A DNA stretch of 57,145 bases, from positions 1 to 57,145 of the IMG/VR virus record IMGVR_UViG_3300023110_001858. One strand, given 5' to 3'. Below are positions 12,318 through 22,059 of the stretch, piece by piece. Each line of letters begins with the position of its first letter. The stretch's first letter is position 1. Position numbers and translations under genes: made by a program. The notes under the pieces were generated by a model. The model was given only the letters and a program-made list of their open reading frames with translations, searched no databases and was not told the origin of the DNA. The DNA comes from a virus (Duplodnaviria; Caudoviricetes).

Positions 12318-13520
12318 ATGCCAGTATCAGCAGGTACCTTAGTACTAGCCTCAGAATACAATACGGTAGCTGAACTTGTTAACAAAATTTTTGGTGACAA
12401 GTATAGTACTGTTCTGGTGACAGATGCTGATAGATCAAATCATAAATTTGGATGGGGTGCAGTAAATGTTGATGATGCCCTTGTTGAAGGAACATTAATT
12501 ACTGCAGAACGTTTACAGGGTTTGGTTGACCGTACAAATATTATGGTTGACCATGTTAATCTAAGTGATACAATACTTGTATTCGATGTTCCTGCTAATA
12601 GAGTTGATGTACTTAAAAGAACCCTTATACGTGCTGAAGACTTAAATGTTGTAGAAAACAAAGTTGATACTAGTATATTAACTAACAACACACATCTAAC
12701 AATTGATCCCACTAATGCAAGTTCATACTTGGTAGATACCAGTGCAGAGCCATACAGACAAACCGCTGTATGGAATGGACTATTATACGGTGAACACAGA
12801 TGGACATTCAATAACTATAACCATGCACGTTACTTTTTTAACAGTGGCGGACAGCTAAGATTAAACATGGAAATGTCTGGAGGTACAACTGCTGGTTATT
12901 TAAACTGGGCAGATATTGTTAATGAAATTGGTGTACTAAGTTTAACCTGGAACAACGTTGTGCAAAGTAGTAGTAGAACGTTAGGTACTAGCGAAGGCAA
13001 GGGGTTTTATGATTTAACAGACGAATATCAATTATTGTTTACAAGTAGCGGTGTAACTATCCCAGATAATCACAGTGCTTATGGTTATGGTTATGGTTAT
13101 GGATATTTTTCTGGTATATATGTGTATGATGGAGCATTTGAAAGTGCATATCCACTTGGAGATGGTCCTTTTATGTCTGGCGCTTATAGTTCAGGATATG
13201 GTTATGGATATGGGTATGGTGGGTATAGTACATATGCAAACCGTTATTTGAAGTTATATGGCAAGTGGGCAAACAATGGACGTGACGTTGACTTAAAAAT
13301 TACATTAGACGATACAGCGTTTAATCAACCATCTGATGGTACTCTTGATGTAACACCTAGCTACCTTATGCCCGATGTTATTGAAAGAGGTAATGAACCT
13401 GCCAGATTTGACGTCAACCCAGAACCTATTTTTTCTATTGTTACAAACTTTACTGATGTGTTTGACGCCACATACTTAGAAAGCGATTATGTTGATCCTG
13501 ATTATGTAGAAGATCAATAA
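12318..13520 (+). CDS. Putative virion structural protein with Tyr-Gly repeat insert
   Basis: 400 aa ORF directly after the fibre gene; FNNYNHARYFFNSGGQLR motif; two (YG)n tracts; acidic-aromatic C-terminal tail. Confidence 0.65.
   Translation: MPVSAGTLVLASEYNTVAELVNKIFGDKYSTVLVTDADRSNHKFGWGAVNVDDALVEGTLITAERLQGLVDRTNIMVDHVNLSDTILVFDVPANRVDVLKRTLIRAEDLNVVENKVDTSILTNNTHLTIDPTNASSYLVDTSAEPYRQTAVWNGLLYGEHRWTFNNYNHARYFFNSGGQLRLNMEMSGGTTAGYLNWADIVNEIGVLSLTWNNVVQSSSRTLGTSEGKGFYDLTDEYQLLFTSSGVTIPDNHSAYGYGYGYGYFSGIYVYDGAFESAYPLGDGPFMSGAYSSGYGYGYGYGGYSTYANRYLKLYGKWANNGRDVDLKITLDDTAFNQPSDGTLDVTPSYLMPDVIERGNEPARFDVNPEPIFSIVTNFTDVFDATYLESDYVDPDYVEDQ
13080..13226 (+). repeat. Two (Tyr-Gly)4 tracts separated by a 29-codon aromatic/Gly spacer
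   Basis: 13080-13106 TAT GGT TAT GGT TAT GGT TAT GGA TAT; 13194-13226 GGA TAT GGT TAT GGA TAT GGG TAT GGT GGG TAT. Confidence 0.95.
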
Positions 13521-13526
13521 AACTGC

Positions 13527-13573
13527 TTGACTTTTCATTGATAAATAATTATAGTAGTATATAACTATAGGAG
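13527..13573 (+). promoter_or_regulatory. Sigma70-like promoter with embedded late-promoter-like GATAAATA and RBS, heading the modification cluster
   Basis: TTGACT (13527-32), 17-nt spacer, TATAGT (13550-55); GATAAATA 13540-47; AGGAG 13569-73 before ATG 13580. Confidence 0.65.
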
Positions 13574-13579
13574 AAATTC

Positions 13580-13927
13580 ATGGACGAGCGACTAGAAAAA
13601 GCCCTCGAATTTGGAAACTATCGTACTACACTAGCTAATCAAAAACGTAACGTTATTTCCAGAATGCAAAACTTGCAAAAAGTTCACTATAAAGGCGGAT
13701 CTTTTAATGCAAACCCAACAACAATTGCCTTTGTTCAATCATTGGTTTCAGTAAAAAAGAAGTCAAGTGTTATTGTAGATACAAAAGAAAATCCAATTGA
13801 AATTGAAGATCTTGAAGATTTTTTAGATACATTAATAAGTGCATATACTGAAGGTGTAAACGAATATAAAGTACAAATGGATAAGATTACAAAAGCAAGA
13901 AATATTAAGAAAATTATGGATTGGTAA
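13580..13927 (+). CDS. Hypothetical protein, first gene of the cluster
   Basis: 115 aa, strong AGGAG RBS, TAATG coupling to the next gene; no catalytic motif recognised. Confidence 0.75.
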   Translation: MDERLEKALEFGNYRTTLANQKRNVISRMQNLQKVHYKGGSFNANPTTIAFVQSLVSVKKKSSVIVDTKENPIEIEDLEDFLDTLISAYTEGVNEYKVQMDKITKARNIKKIMDW

Positions 13928-14832
13928 TGAGCGAAGAAGAACGTGGCGTATGCATGTTTGCATACAATAATGAAAAAATGGATTATGTTCAATTTGCTCA
14001 TGCAGCGGCGGCATATGTAAAAAGAAACATGCCTGGAATGAAAACTTGTCTAATTACTGACGATGGCACATATGCATATCTTAAAGATTCATTACCAGCA
14101 AACTTACATAACAAATGTTTTGATACTGTTATAACACAAGATATTGACCATCCTAGCAATCCACGTAGACACTTTGATAGCCCATGGACTGAATTTAGTA
14201 CACAATTTAGTAACAGTAACAAGCACGATATTTTTGAACTTACTCCTTTCGAAAAGACTATGTTGATTGATACTGACTACTTTATCATGAATAATGATTA
14301 TGCATATCTTTTTGATACTGACATTTCAGTTGGTATGCACAAGTATGCACGTTACTTGGAAGGTCAACCACCGTATATGAACGAACAACAACTTTCAGAT
14401 GCTGGAATTCATCACTGGTGGAGTACAGTTGTTTATTTTGATCAAAGTCCTGAAAGTAAATTATTTTTTGATATTTGGGCGCATGTTAAAGAAAATTGGG
14501 ATTACTATCATCTGTTATACCAGTTTCCTCCTGGATTATTTCGTACAGACTTCTGTGTGAGTATTGCAGCACACATATTAAATGGTTTTAATGAAAATAA
14601 TTTTGTGCATGACTTTGACGGAATTCCATTAATCAATATGGATCAAAAAGATGACATTATTGAAATTAAAAGCGCAAATGATATAATCTTTTTAAGTCAT
14701 AATAGAAAAGAGCAATGGAAAAACATTCTAGCTAGGTATCAAAATACTAATTTACATCTAATGAACAAACTTGCAATATCTAGACATATCCAAGATATTA
14801 TTGACAATGTTACAATGGGGTGGGAGTTATGA
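13927..14832 (+). CDS. GT-A fold glycosyltransferase-like protein (GT8-like)
   Basis: RGVCMFAYNN start; ELTPFEKTMLIDTDY with DxD motif; WSTVVYF; start set at the TAATG overlap. Confidence 0.6.
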   Translation: MSEEERGVCMFAYNNEKMDYVQFAHAAAAYVKRNMPGMKTCLITDDGTYAYLKDSLPANLHNKCFDTVITQDIDHPSNPRRHFDSPWTEFSTQFSNSNKHDIFELTPFEKTMLIDTDYFIMNNDYAYLFDTDISVGMHKYARYLEGQPPYMNEQQLSDAGIHHWWSTVVYFDQSPESKLFFDIWAHVKENWDYYHLLYQFPPGLFRTDFCVSIAAHILNGFNENNFVHDFDGIPLINMDQKDDIIEIKSANDIIFLSHNRKEQWKNILARYQNTNLHLMNKLAISRHIQDIIDNVTMGWEL

Positions 14833-15707
14833 GCGAAAGAGGATTTGTTTTACTAGCAATTAACACAGATCATGACATGTTACAGTATGCATACACCACT
14901 GCTATGAGTATTAAAATGTCTGACCCAGAAGCAAGTTTGTGTATTGTGATAGACAAAGGATTAGAATTACCTAAAGCATATTCAGCAGTTTTTGATTATG
15001 TTACAGAGTTGCCATTTGGTAACAGTGCATATAAAGATGGTTTTCATGGCATGAATGTTTGGCAAATGATTCATGCTAGTCCATATGAAGAAACAATATA
15101 TGTTGACTTTGACACTATTTTTATTAATGTTGACTGTGATTTGCTTTGGGAAACATTTAGTAATTATGACATTGCAATTCCAGGATATGCACGTACATAT
15201 CGTCAAGGACTATTAAATGCAAATCAAAATTTGTTTGAGTATGAGTCGAACTATGACATGCCAAAACTTTATAATAGTTTAATCTACTTCAAGCGTGATA
15301 GTAAACTTGCTATAGAATGGTTTAAAATGGCAGACGCTGTATTACAAAACTGGAGAGAGATTTATACAAACCTAATGTCTGAAAAAAAACCTCCAACATT
15401 TAGTAAAAATATTTTATGTAATATAGTAACACATTTGCTTGACGTTGAACAAGAAGTAAAAGTAAACATTAACAACTTTTATGATTTAAACATAACAAGT
15501 CAATGGTTATGGAACAATGATGTTCCTAATGAATGGACTGAAGTCTTAAATTACTGGTTTCCTGAAAATCGCAAACTTATAATCGAGAATAGCATTATAA
15601 GCTCAGGCATTGTACATTTTAGAGACTTAAACTTTATAAACGAAGATATTATTAATGAATACAGAACCAAGATTGATATCAGTAGTAGGAGAAAAACCGC
15701 TTCCTAA
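14829..15707 (+). CDS. GT-A fold glycosyltransferase-like protein, paralog of the preceding gene
   Basis: RGFVLLAIN; ASPYEETIYVDFD (DxD); YNSLIYFKR; ATGA overlap with the previous stop. Confidence 0.6.
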   Translation: MSERGFVLLAINTDHDMLQYAYTTAMSIKMSDPEASLCIVIDKGLELPKAYSAVFDYVTELPFGNSAYKDGFHGMNVWQMIHASPYEETIYVDFDTIFINVDCDLLWETFSNYDIAIPGYARTYRQGLLNANQNLFEYESNYDMPKLYNSLIYFKRDSKLAIEWFKMADAVLQNWREIYTNLMSEKKPPTFSKNILCNIVTHLLDVEQEVKVNINNFYDLNITSQWLWNNDVPNEWTEVLNYWFPENRKLIIENSIISSGIVHFRDLNFINEDIINEYRTKIDISSRRKTAS

Positions 15708-16659
15708 ATACTACATTTATTATGATGAATGGACTGGAGAGATCATTAACATAACAAACAAGTATAAAGCGTCAACTAATCCACACTTACTGACTGAAGA
15801 CAACACAGCAGCAGAACTTTTAATGGGACACTTAAACCCTAAAAAGTTTATTATTAGTGACACACCAAATGGTACTGTTCTAATTGAAAAATCAGCACAG
15901 TTGCGTCTTAAAGCAGAAGAAGACAAGCTCAGTAAAGTATCTGAAATACCACTGACAATTGATCGAGAAATCAATATCATCAAATATATCAACAGTTTTA
16001 TGCTAGAAGTTAACATCAGTAATGATGCTGTTTGGAAGTTAACTGGTAGACGTGCTAATAGAAAATTTTCTAAAAAAGAAAATGTAAACAACAGTGTTAT
16101 ATACTTTTACATTACAGAAAAAAATAATCCACTCAAACTTCTTAAGACAATAAAAATTGATCCCATTGATTTAATTAACAAAGGGTATCAATTGTTTAAC
16201 CTTTCCGACTTGCAAAATGTGATCGGACTGAATAACATTGATATTTTAACACGTAGAATTTTTAAAAGTTATGGCTTGAAATCTAAAGAAAACTATGTTA
16301 ATGTAGAGTATCTTAGACGTAAAAATTCAAGGCGTAACCACTGCGTTATTACAGCAAACAACAAGGAGTCTACATTTTACATTAGTAAAAGTACAGAAGG
16401 ATGGATTTTTAGAAGTAATTTTAAAGATCCAGATGAGTTTAAAATTTATAGTAATATAAAAATATATATTACTGGAAACTCGCCATTTGAATTACGGGAT
16501 CAAATTGTACTTCCCTTATCCGAGTTAGGAGAGTACAAAGAACTTTATGTTAAAACAAACGCCGATCTTTTAACATCAAAATTACTAATCGGCGAAGAAG
16601 GCAAGCACCTGACTTTTAATTATGAGGATTTAGAATATGTCAAACCTGGTAAGTATTAA
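15655..16659 (+). CDS. Hypothetical protein
   Basis: 334 aa Lys/Ile/Asn-rich ORF overlapping both neighbours; no motif recognised. Confidence 0.7.
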   Translation: MNTEPRLISVVGEKPLPKYYIYYDEWTGEIINITNKYKASTNPHLLTEDNTAAELLMGHLNPKKFIISDTPNGTVLIEKSAQLRLKAEEDKLSKVSEIPLTIDREINIIKYINSFMLEVNISNDAVWKLTGRRANRKFSKKENVNNSVIYFYITEKNNPLKLLKTIKIDPIDLINKGYQLFNLSDLQNVIGLNNIDILTRRIFKSYGLKSKENYVNVEYLRRKNSRRNHCVITANNKESTFYISKSTEGWIFRSNFKDPDEFKIYSNIKIYITGNSPFELRDQIVLPLSELGEYKELYVKTNADLLTSKLLIGEEGKHLTFNYEDLEYVKPGKY

Positions 16660-17620
16660 CGAATTTGACATAGTGTATATCAGTTACGACGAGCCCAATG
16701 CTGATGAAAACTATGCAGACTTGTTAGACAAATGCCCATGGGCTAAACGTAGTCATGGAGTATGGGGCAGCGATGCAGCACACAAAGCCGCTGCAGCACT
16801 AAGCGAAACAGATCGTTTTATTACAGTTGATGCTGATAATATTGTTAACGATGATTTTTTTAATATTGAACTTGATATGGATCGGATTGCTGACAATCAT
16901 GTTATTAGTTTTGCAGCAAAAAACAAAATTAATGGTTTAGTATACGGCAACGGCGGTATTAAAATGTGGCCAGTCGATGTTGTTAACCGTATGCGTACAC
17001 ATGAAGCAGCGCCAGTAACAGATAAACGTGCACAGGTAGACTTTTGTTGGAACATTCACTATGTACAAATGAATAACTGGTACAGTTGGGTACACAATAA
17101 TGGAAGTCCACTACAAGCATGGAGAGCTGGGTTCCGTGAAGGTGTTAAGATGGGATTGGAAAACGGTGATGTTGTAGACCCTAGCAACTTAAAACGTATT
17201 CATAGAGAAAATTATAGACGTCTTATGGTATGGATGACTGTCGGAGAAGATACAACAAATGGGCTTTGGGCAATGTATGGTGCAAGACTAGGATGTTATA
17301 TGACAAATGTCCAAAGACATGATTGGGACTGGCGTAATGTTCGTGATTTTGATTGGTTAACTAATTATTTCAATGAAGAGTTATCACCACAGTTTGCTGA
17401 CGGTACAGAGTTGTGTCCACGCACTGGTTATAGTTGGGACATTACAAAACTTAAAAATGAGACTGTTCGTATAGGTAAAGAATTACGTAGTGAACTTGAT
17501 TTGGAAATTGCTGATATTGGATGGGAAGGTTCTAGATTTTTCAAAACTGTATATCGTAACCCAAGCAGACTTGGTCCACAAGTACGTGAAGACCAAGTCG
17601 ATGATAAAATAGAGAACTAA
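16637..17620 (+). CDS. Glycosyltransferase-like protein (GT-A/GT2-like)
   Basis: DIVYISYDEPNADEN, AHKAAA, FITVDADN (DxD), LVYGNGGIK, AWRAGFREGVK; paralog at 48512. Confidence 0.6.
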   Translation: MSNLVSINEFDIVYISYDEPNADENYADLLDKCPWAKRSHGVWGSDAAHKAAAALSETDRFITVDADNIVNDDFFNIELDMDRIADNHVISFAAKNKINGLVYGNGGIKMWPVDVVNRMRTHEAAPVTDKRAQVDFCWNIHYVQMNNWYSWVHNNGSPLQAWRAGFREGVKMGLENGDVVDPSNLKRIHRENYRRLMVWMTVGEDTTNGLWAMYGARLGCYMTNVQRHDWDWRNVRDFDWLTNYFNEELSPQFADGTELCPRTGYSWDITKLKNETVRIGKELRSELDLEIADIGWEGSRFFKTVYRNPSRLGPQVREDQVDDKIEN

Positions 17621-17621
17621 T

Positions 17622-19097
17622 ATGTCAATTGAAGAAGAAAAACCAAAGTTTCCAGATGATTTGAGTATAGATCCACAAGCCGCCGCTGAGCAAATACGTC
17701 CAGTTTTAGACAAGATTAGCCCTAGCATGTGTATGGCTAAGTGGCTATGGTCAAGTATTCATCTAACTAATGGTTTAACTAACAGTTGCTTTTTGCCACC
17801 TGTGCATAAAATTAAGCCAGGTGCAGTAAAAAATAATCCAAAAGCACTGCATAATACTCCAGAGAAAAAAGAACAGCGGGCTATGATGCTCAAAGGTGAA
17901 CAGCCTGATGGTTGTTCTTATTGCTGGAATATTGAAAAAATGGATAGACAATTTCTTAGTGATAGACACTACCGTAGTAGTGAACCCTGGGCGGCCGCAG
18001 GTTGGGAAGATGCACTGGAAGCAGGCGCAGACGGTGATGTTGAACCACGTTACTTGGAAATTAATTTTAATCATGCTTGTAACCTAGCATGTAGCTATTG
18101 TAGTCCACACTTGAGTTCAAAATGGGCAGAAGATATTGAACAAAATGGTCCGTATAATACTATTGTTCCTCATAATAGTATTGACTACTTTAAGCAAATC
18201 GGTCACTATCCTATTCCCAATCGTGAAACCAATCCATATGTAGATGCATTTTGGGAATGGTGGCCTGAGCTATATCCAAAACTAAAGAGCTTTAGAATGA
18301 CTGGTGGTGAACCACTAATGGATCGTAATACATTCCGTGTACTTGATTATATTATTGAAAACGGAAGAGAGGATTTGGAAGTTGCAGTTACTACAAATGC
18401 AAGTGTTCCTGAAAAACTGTGGAACAATTTTGTAGACAAAGTTAGTTTTATCAGCGAGTTTAACAAAGTTAAACGTTTTAGAATGTTTGTTAGTGTTGAT
18501 GGTTGGGGAGAACAAGCCGAGTACATGCGTGATGGTTTGGACTTTGATCGTATGTGGAACAATGTACATAACTATCTAACCAGAGTTGATGAAGGACTTG
18601 TTACTTTTATTGTTACGTTTAACATGTTAAGTTTGCCTAGCATTCAAAAACTTCTTGAAGGTATTATTGAATTACAAAAAACACACAATGTAAGTAAAAC
18701 TAGACGTGAAGCAGATGGTAGTTTAAAAGTATACGGTCATCATAAAGTTTTCTTAGACACACCTATGTTACGTTATCCACATTGGCAAAGTTTACAGTTG
18801 GTACCACAAGAGTACTGGCATTATGGAGATAGTGCACTTGAATATATGAAAGCAAACACTGACAAAGGAAGAGATAGTCGTTGGGTTGGATTTAAACCGC
18901 ATCAGATTGAAAGATTTGATCGCAGTTTAGAGTTCATGAAAAATGGATTTGATAATGAAGAACAACTTAATGAAGCACAGGAAAACTTTGTTAGGTTTTT
19001 TGGAGATTATGACCAAAGAAGAGGAAGAGATTTTAATAAATCTTTTCCTGAGTTTAGTAATTTGATGGATAATTGGAGCGAGAATTATAATGTATAA
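17622..19097 (+). CDS. Radical SAM protein with N-terminal twitch-like Fe-S domain
   Basis: CNLACSYC, TGGEP; N-terminal CMAKW...SC...CSYCW. Confidence 0.9.
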   Translation: MSIEEEKPKFPDDLSIDPQAAAEQIRPVLDKISPSMCMAKWLWSSIHLTNGLTNSCFLPPVHKIKPGAVKNNPKALHNTPEKKEQRAMMLKGEQPDGCSYCWNIEKMDRQFLSDRHYRSSEPWAAAGWEDALEAGADGDVEPRYLEINFNHACNLACSYCSPHLSSKWAEDIEQNGPYNTIVPHNSIDYFKQIGHYPIPNRETNPYVDAFWEWWPELYPKLKSFRMTGGEPLMDRNTFRVLDYIIENGREDLEVAVTTNASVPEKLWNNFVDKVSFISEFNKVKRFRMFVSVDGWGEQAEYMRDGLDFDRMWNNVHNYLTRVDEGLVTFIVTFNMLSLPSIQKLLEGIIELQKTHNVSKTRREADGSLKVYGHHKVFLDTPMLRYPHWQSLQLVPQEYWHYGDSALEYMKANTDKGRDSRWVGFKPHQIERFDRSLEFMKNGFDNEEQLNEAQENFVRFFGDYDQRRGRDFNKSFPEFSNLMDNWSENYNV

Positions 19098-20757
19098 AGA
19101 CATAGACTATCATAATGAACGTGTTCGTATGCAAAAGATTTACGAAAACGATACTATGTGTACAGCTAAGTTTTTTACTAGCACATTATACTTGCAAAGT
19201 GGGCAAACACATAGTTGTTATCATCCTTTGCCACACCAAGTGGGACTAGATGAAATTGTAGATAATCCAAGTGCTATTCATAATAGTGCACACAAGAAAA
19301 AACAGCGTAAAAAAATGCTCTGTGGTGACAGGCCAGAAGAGTGTAATTACTGTTGGCGTGTAGAAGATATTGGTACAGATGTTCTCAGTGATCGCATTAT
19401 TAAAAGTAAAAATGAAATACTACTAACACCAAACGCACATGAAATTATTTTAGAAAATGGACACGAGCACAACTATGATCCAACATACTTGGAAATTAGC
19501 TTTGGTAACGAGTGTAATATGAAGTGTGCATACTGCCATCCTAAAGCAAGTAGTGCTTGGATGAAAGAAATGGACTTATTTGGTAAGTTCGAAAGTGCTC
19601 CACACTTACAGATACTTGAAGAAAAGATTTATCCAGAAGAAGAAAATCCATATGTTGAAGCCTTTTGGAAATGGTGGCCTGATTTACGCAAAAATTTGAA
19701 AGTGCTACGCTTAACTGGTGGTGAACCATTGCTGCAACAAAACACTTGGAAGTTTTTAGATATGCTAGAAGAAACAGACGATTGTAGCGATATGATTTTT
19801 CAGTTAAACACAAATCTAAATGTTAAAAATATTCTAGTGCAGCGTCTTGTTAAAAAAATGGACAGTATTCTTAAAAACAAAAAGATTAAAAAGTTTGCAT
19901 TGTTTAGCAGTGTTGAAAGTTGGGGAGAACGTGCACAATATGCTCGCAGTGGATTAGATTGTGACTTATTTGAAAAAAATGTAGAAACTATAATGCTAGG
20001 TTTAAATCATTACCCAAGTACTGAATTTTCTGGCATACAGATTATGAACACATTTAATATTATGTGTGTTACAAGCTATACAGCTTTTCTTAAAAAGATT
20101 TTAGAATGGAGAGAAAAGTTTACACTAGGACGTCATAAGCCATACTTGTCATTTGATATTCCACATTGTACTGAGCCCAATCACTGGACGCTTGTCGGAC
20201 TACCTGATGAATATGCTGTTTACTTTGAAGAAACTACCAAGTTTATATACAAGCACAGTTGGGTTAATAACTGGAACAAGTATCCAGCAGAAACACATGA
20301 TTTTTATTATGGTAAATACTTTTCTGAAGAAGAACAACGTGCCTGGGATCGTGTAATTAAAGTTTGGGAAAGTATTGTAGAGGGTCGTGCTAAAATTGAT
20401 TGTGATGATTACTTAGAGCCAAGACAAGTAGACGATGCTCGTCGTAATTGGTTTTTGTTTATCAAAGAAACAGATGCTAGACGTGGTACTAACTTTTTAG
20501 ATATATTTCCAGAAATGGAGCCGTACTATAAAATTTGTGCGGGATTGGAAGATATTGAAAACATGAGTTATAATCAAAGTTGCAAAGATGAAATGGTAAA
20601 ACTAAAAAACACTGTGGAAATTCACTGGGACGATGATTTTGTTTGGCACTATCCGGCACTTGCCAATAATATAGTTGAGTTAAGAAAAAGCAGCAACGCA
20701 CCTACTGAATTATATTATGAAGACAAGTTAACTGACAAATTTGGAATTGAAGAATAA
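19090..20757 (+). CDS. Radical SAM protein with N-terminal twitch-like domain
   Basis: CNMKCAYC, TGGEP; N-terminal CTAKF...SCYH...CNYCW; shares NPYVxAFWxWWPxL with the preceding gene. Confidence 0.9.
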   Translation: MYKDIDYHNERVRMQKIYENDTMCTAKFFTSTLYLQSGQTHSCYHPLPHQVGLDEIVDNPSAIHNSAHKKKQRKKMLCGDRPEECNYCWRVEDIGTDVLSDRIIKSKNEILLTPNAHEIILENGHEHNYDPTYLEISFGNECNMKCAYCHPKASSAWMKEMDLFGKFESAPHLQILEEKIYPEEENPYVEAFWKWWPDLRKNLKVLRLTGGEPLLQQNTWKFLDMLEETDDCSDMIFQLNTNLNVKNILVQRLVKKMDSILKNKKIKKFALFSSVESWGERAQYARSGLDCDLFEKNVETIMLGLNHYPSTEFSGIQIMNTFNIMCVTSYTAFLKKILEWREKFTLGRHKPYLSFDIPHCTEPNHWTLVGLPDEYAVYFEETTKFIYKHSWVNNWNKYPAETHDFYYGKYFSEEEQRAWDRVIKVWESIVEGRAKIDCDDYLEPRQVDDARRNWFLFIKETDARRGTNFLDIFPEMEPYYKICAGLEDIENMSYNQSCKDEMVKLKNTVEIHWDDDFVWHYPALANNIVELRKSSNAPTELYYEDKLTDKFGIEE

Positions 20758-20760
20758 AAT

Positions 20761-22059
20761 ATGAGTACATTATGTATATACCCGTTCGTAAACTTGAATA
20801 GCAACACTGAAGGAAGTATCAAGTTGTGTTGCGCTATTCCCGATAACACTCACATCACAGATAAAGACGGTGTAGCTCTTAATTTTCAAGACGCTGCAAT
20901 TGAAGATATCTGGTATGGGGAATACATGACAGAAATACGTAAGAAAATGTTAGCAGGTGAACGTCCCAGAGCATGTAAAACGTGCTGGAAACTTGAAGAC
21001 ATGGGAATACAAAGTCCTAGACAAAGTGGGTGGCACGAATTTAAAGTCATCGACGATGAGTATGTTAAGACAGTTGAGTTTAGCGAAACTCCTGAACTTC
21101 CAACTAGTTTAGAATTAAGATTGGGTAATTTTTGTAATCTTAGATGTAACAGTTGTTGGAGTTTAAGTAGTGACCGCATTGCAGATGAAAGACGCCGCAT
21201 TACAGAAAAAGACCCTGACTTGCCACAGTGGTTAAGAGACAGCTGGAATTATGAATTAGACATGTCTGACAACAGCAATTGGTTATGGTGGGAAAGTGAA
21301 GAGTTTGAGCGCACAATTGATGAGGTTGCACCCAAGTTAAAGCGTTTGTATTTAACTGGAGGAGAACCAACACTAATACAAAAAAATATTGAAATTATGC
21401 AAAAAATCTTAGACTCTGGTAATAATAGATGTTATATTGCACTTACAACGAACTTAACTAAATTCAATGAAGTATTTTATAGTACGATGTCTAGATTTAT
21501 ACACGGCGAAGTACAGATAAGTATTGATGATGTATATGATAAGAATCATTATATAAGATACCCAACACAATGGGAACATATCGAAGAGAACTTACCAAAA
21601 CTATACTATACTCTTCCGGTTAACTGGAAAATTAAACACTACACAGTGTTCCAAACATTTAATTATAACAGCGTTCCTGAAATAATTAAGTGGATTAATT
21701 TACATAGATCTTATCATGAAAATGAAAAGCACCGTCATTATATTTGGAGCCCTATATTGTTGGATAATACATCATTCCTAGATGCACGTATTGTTCAAAA
21801 AGAGTACAGAGAAGAAGCTCTTGCAAGACTAGAGGACTTGTTACAAAATGAAGAAGAAAAACATGGCGCATGGTGGAAACACGGAGTAGTACAAGTAATC
21901 AAGTTTTTAGAAAACGACTTTTACGACAATGAAAATAGTGATAGATTGCGCAAACGTTTTAGAGAGTTTTGCGACACTTTAGATCGAAACCGTAAAAATT
22001 CATGCTGGTACGAAACCTTCGAAGAAGACTTGGCAAGTAAGGTATTAAATGATAGATAA
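20761..22059 (+). CDS. Radical SAM protein with N-terminal twitch-like domain
   Basis: CNLRCNSC, TGGEP; N-terminal CIYPF...LCC...CKTCW. Confidence 0.9.
   Translation: MSTLCIYPFVNLNSNTEGSIKLCCAIPDNTHITDKDGVALNFQDAAIEDIWYGEYMTEIRKKMLAGERPRACKTCWKLEDMGIQSPRQSGWHEFKVIDDEYVKTVEFSETPELPTSLELRLGNFCNLRCNSCWSLSSDRIADERRRITEKDPDLPQWLRDSWNYELDMSDNSNWLWWESEEFERTIDEVAPKLKRLYLTGGEPTLIQKNIEIMQKILDSGNNRCYIALTTNLTKFNEVFYSTMSRFIHGEVQISIDDVYDKNHYIRYPTQWEHIEENLPKLYYTLPVNWKIKHYTVFQTFNYNSVPEIIKWINLHRSYHENEKHRHYIWSPILLDNTSFLDARIVQKEYREEALARLEDLLQNEEEKHGAWWKHGVVQVIKFLENDFYDNENSDRLRKRFREFCDTLDRNRKNSCWYETFEEDLASKVLNDR

Noticed and set aside
13080-13106. TATGGT microsatellite as a phase-variation locus or mini-CRISPR
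   Set aside because: The 6-nt unit preserves frame, the second tract uses mixed codons, and there are no spacers; treated as a protein repeat.
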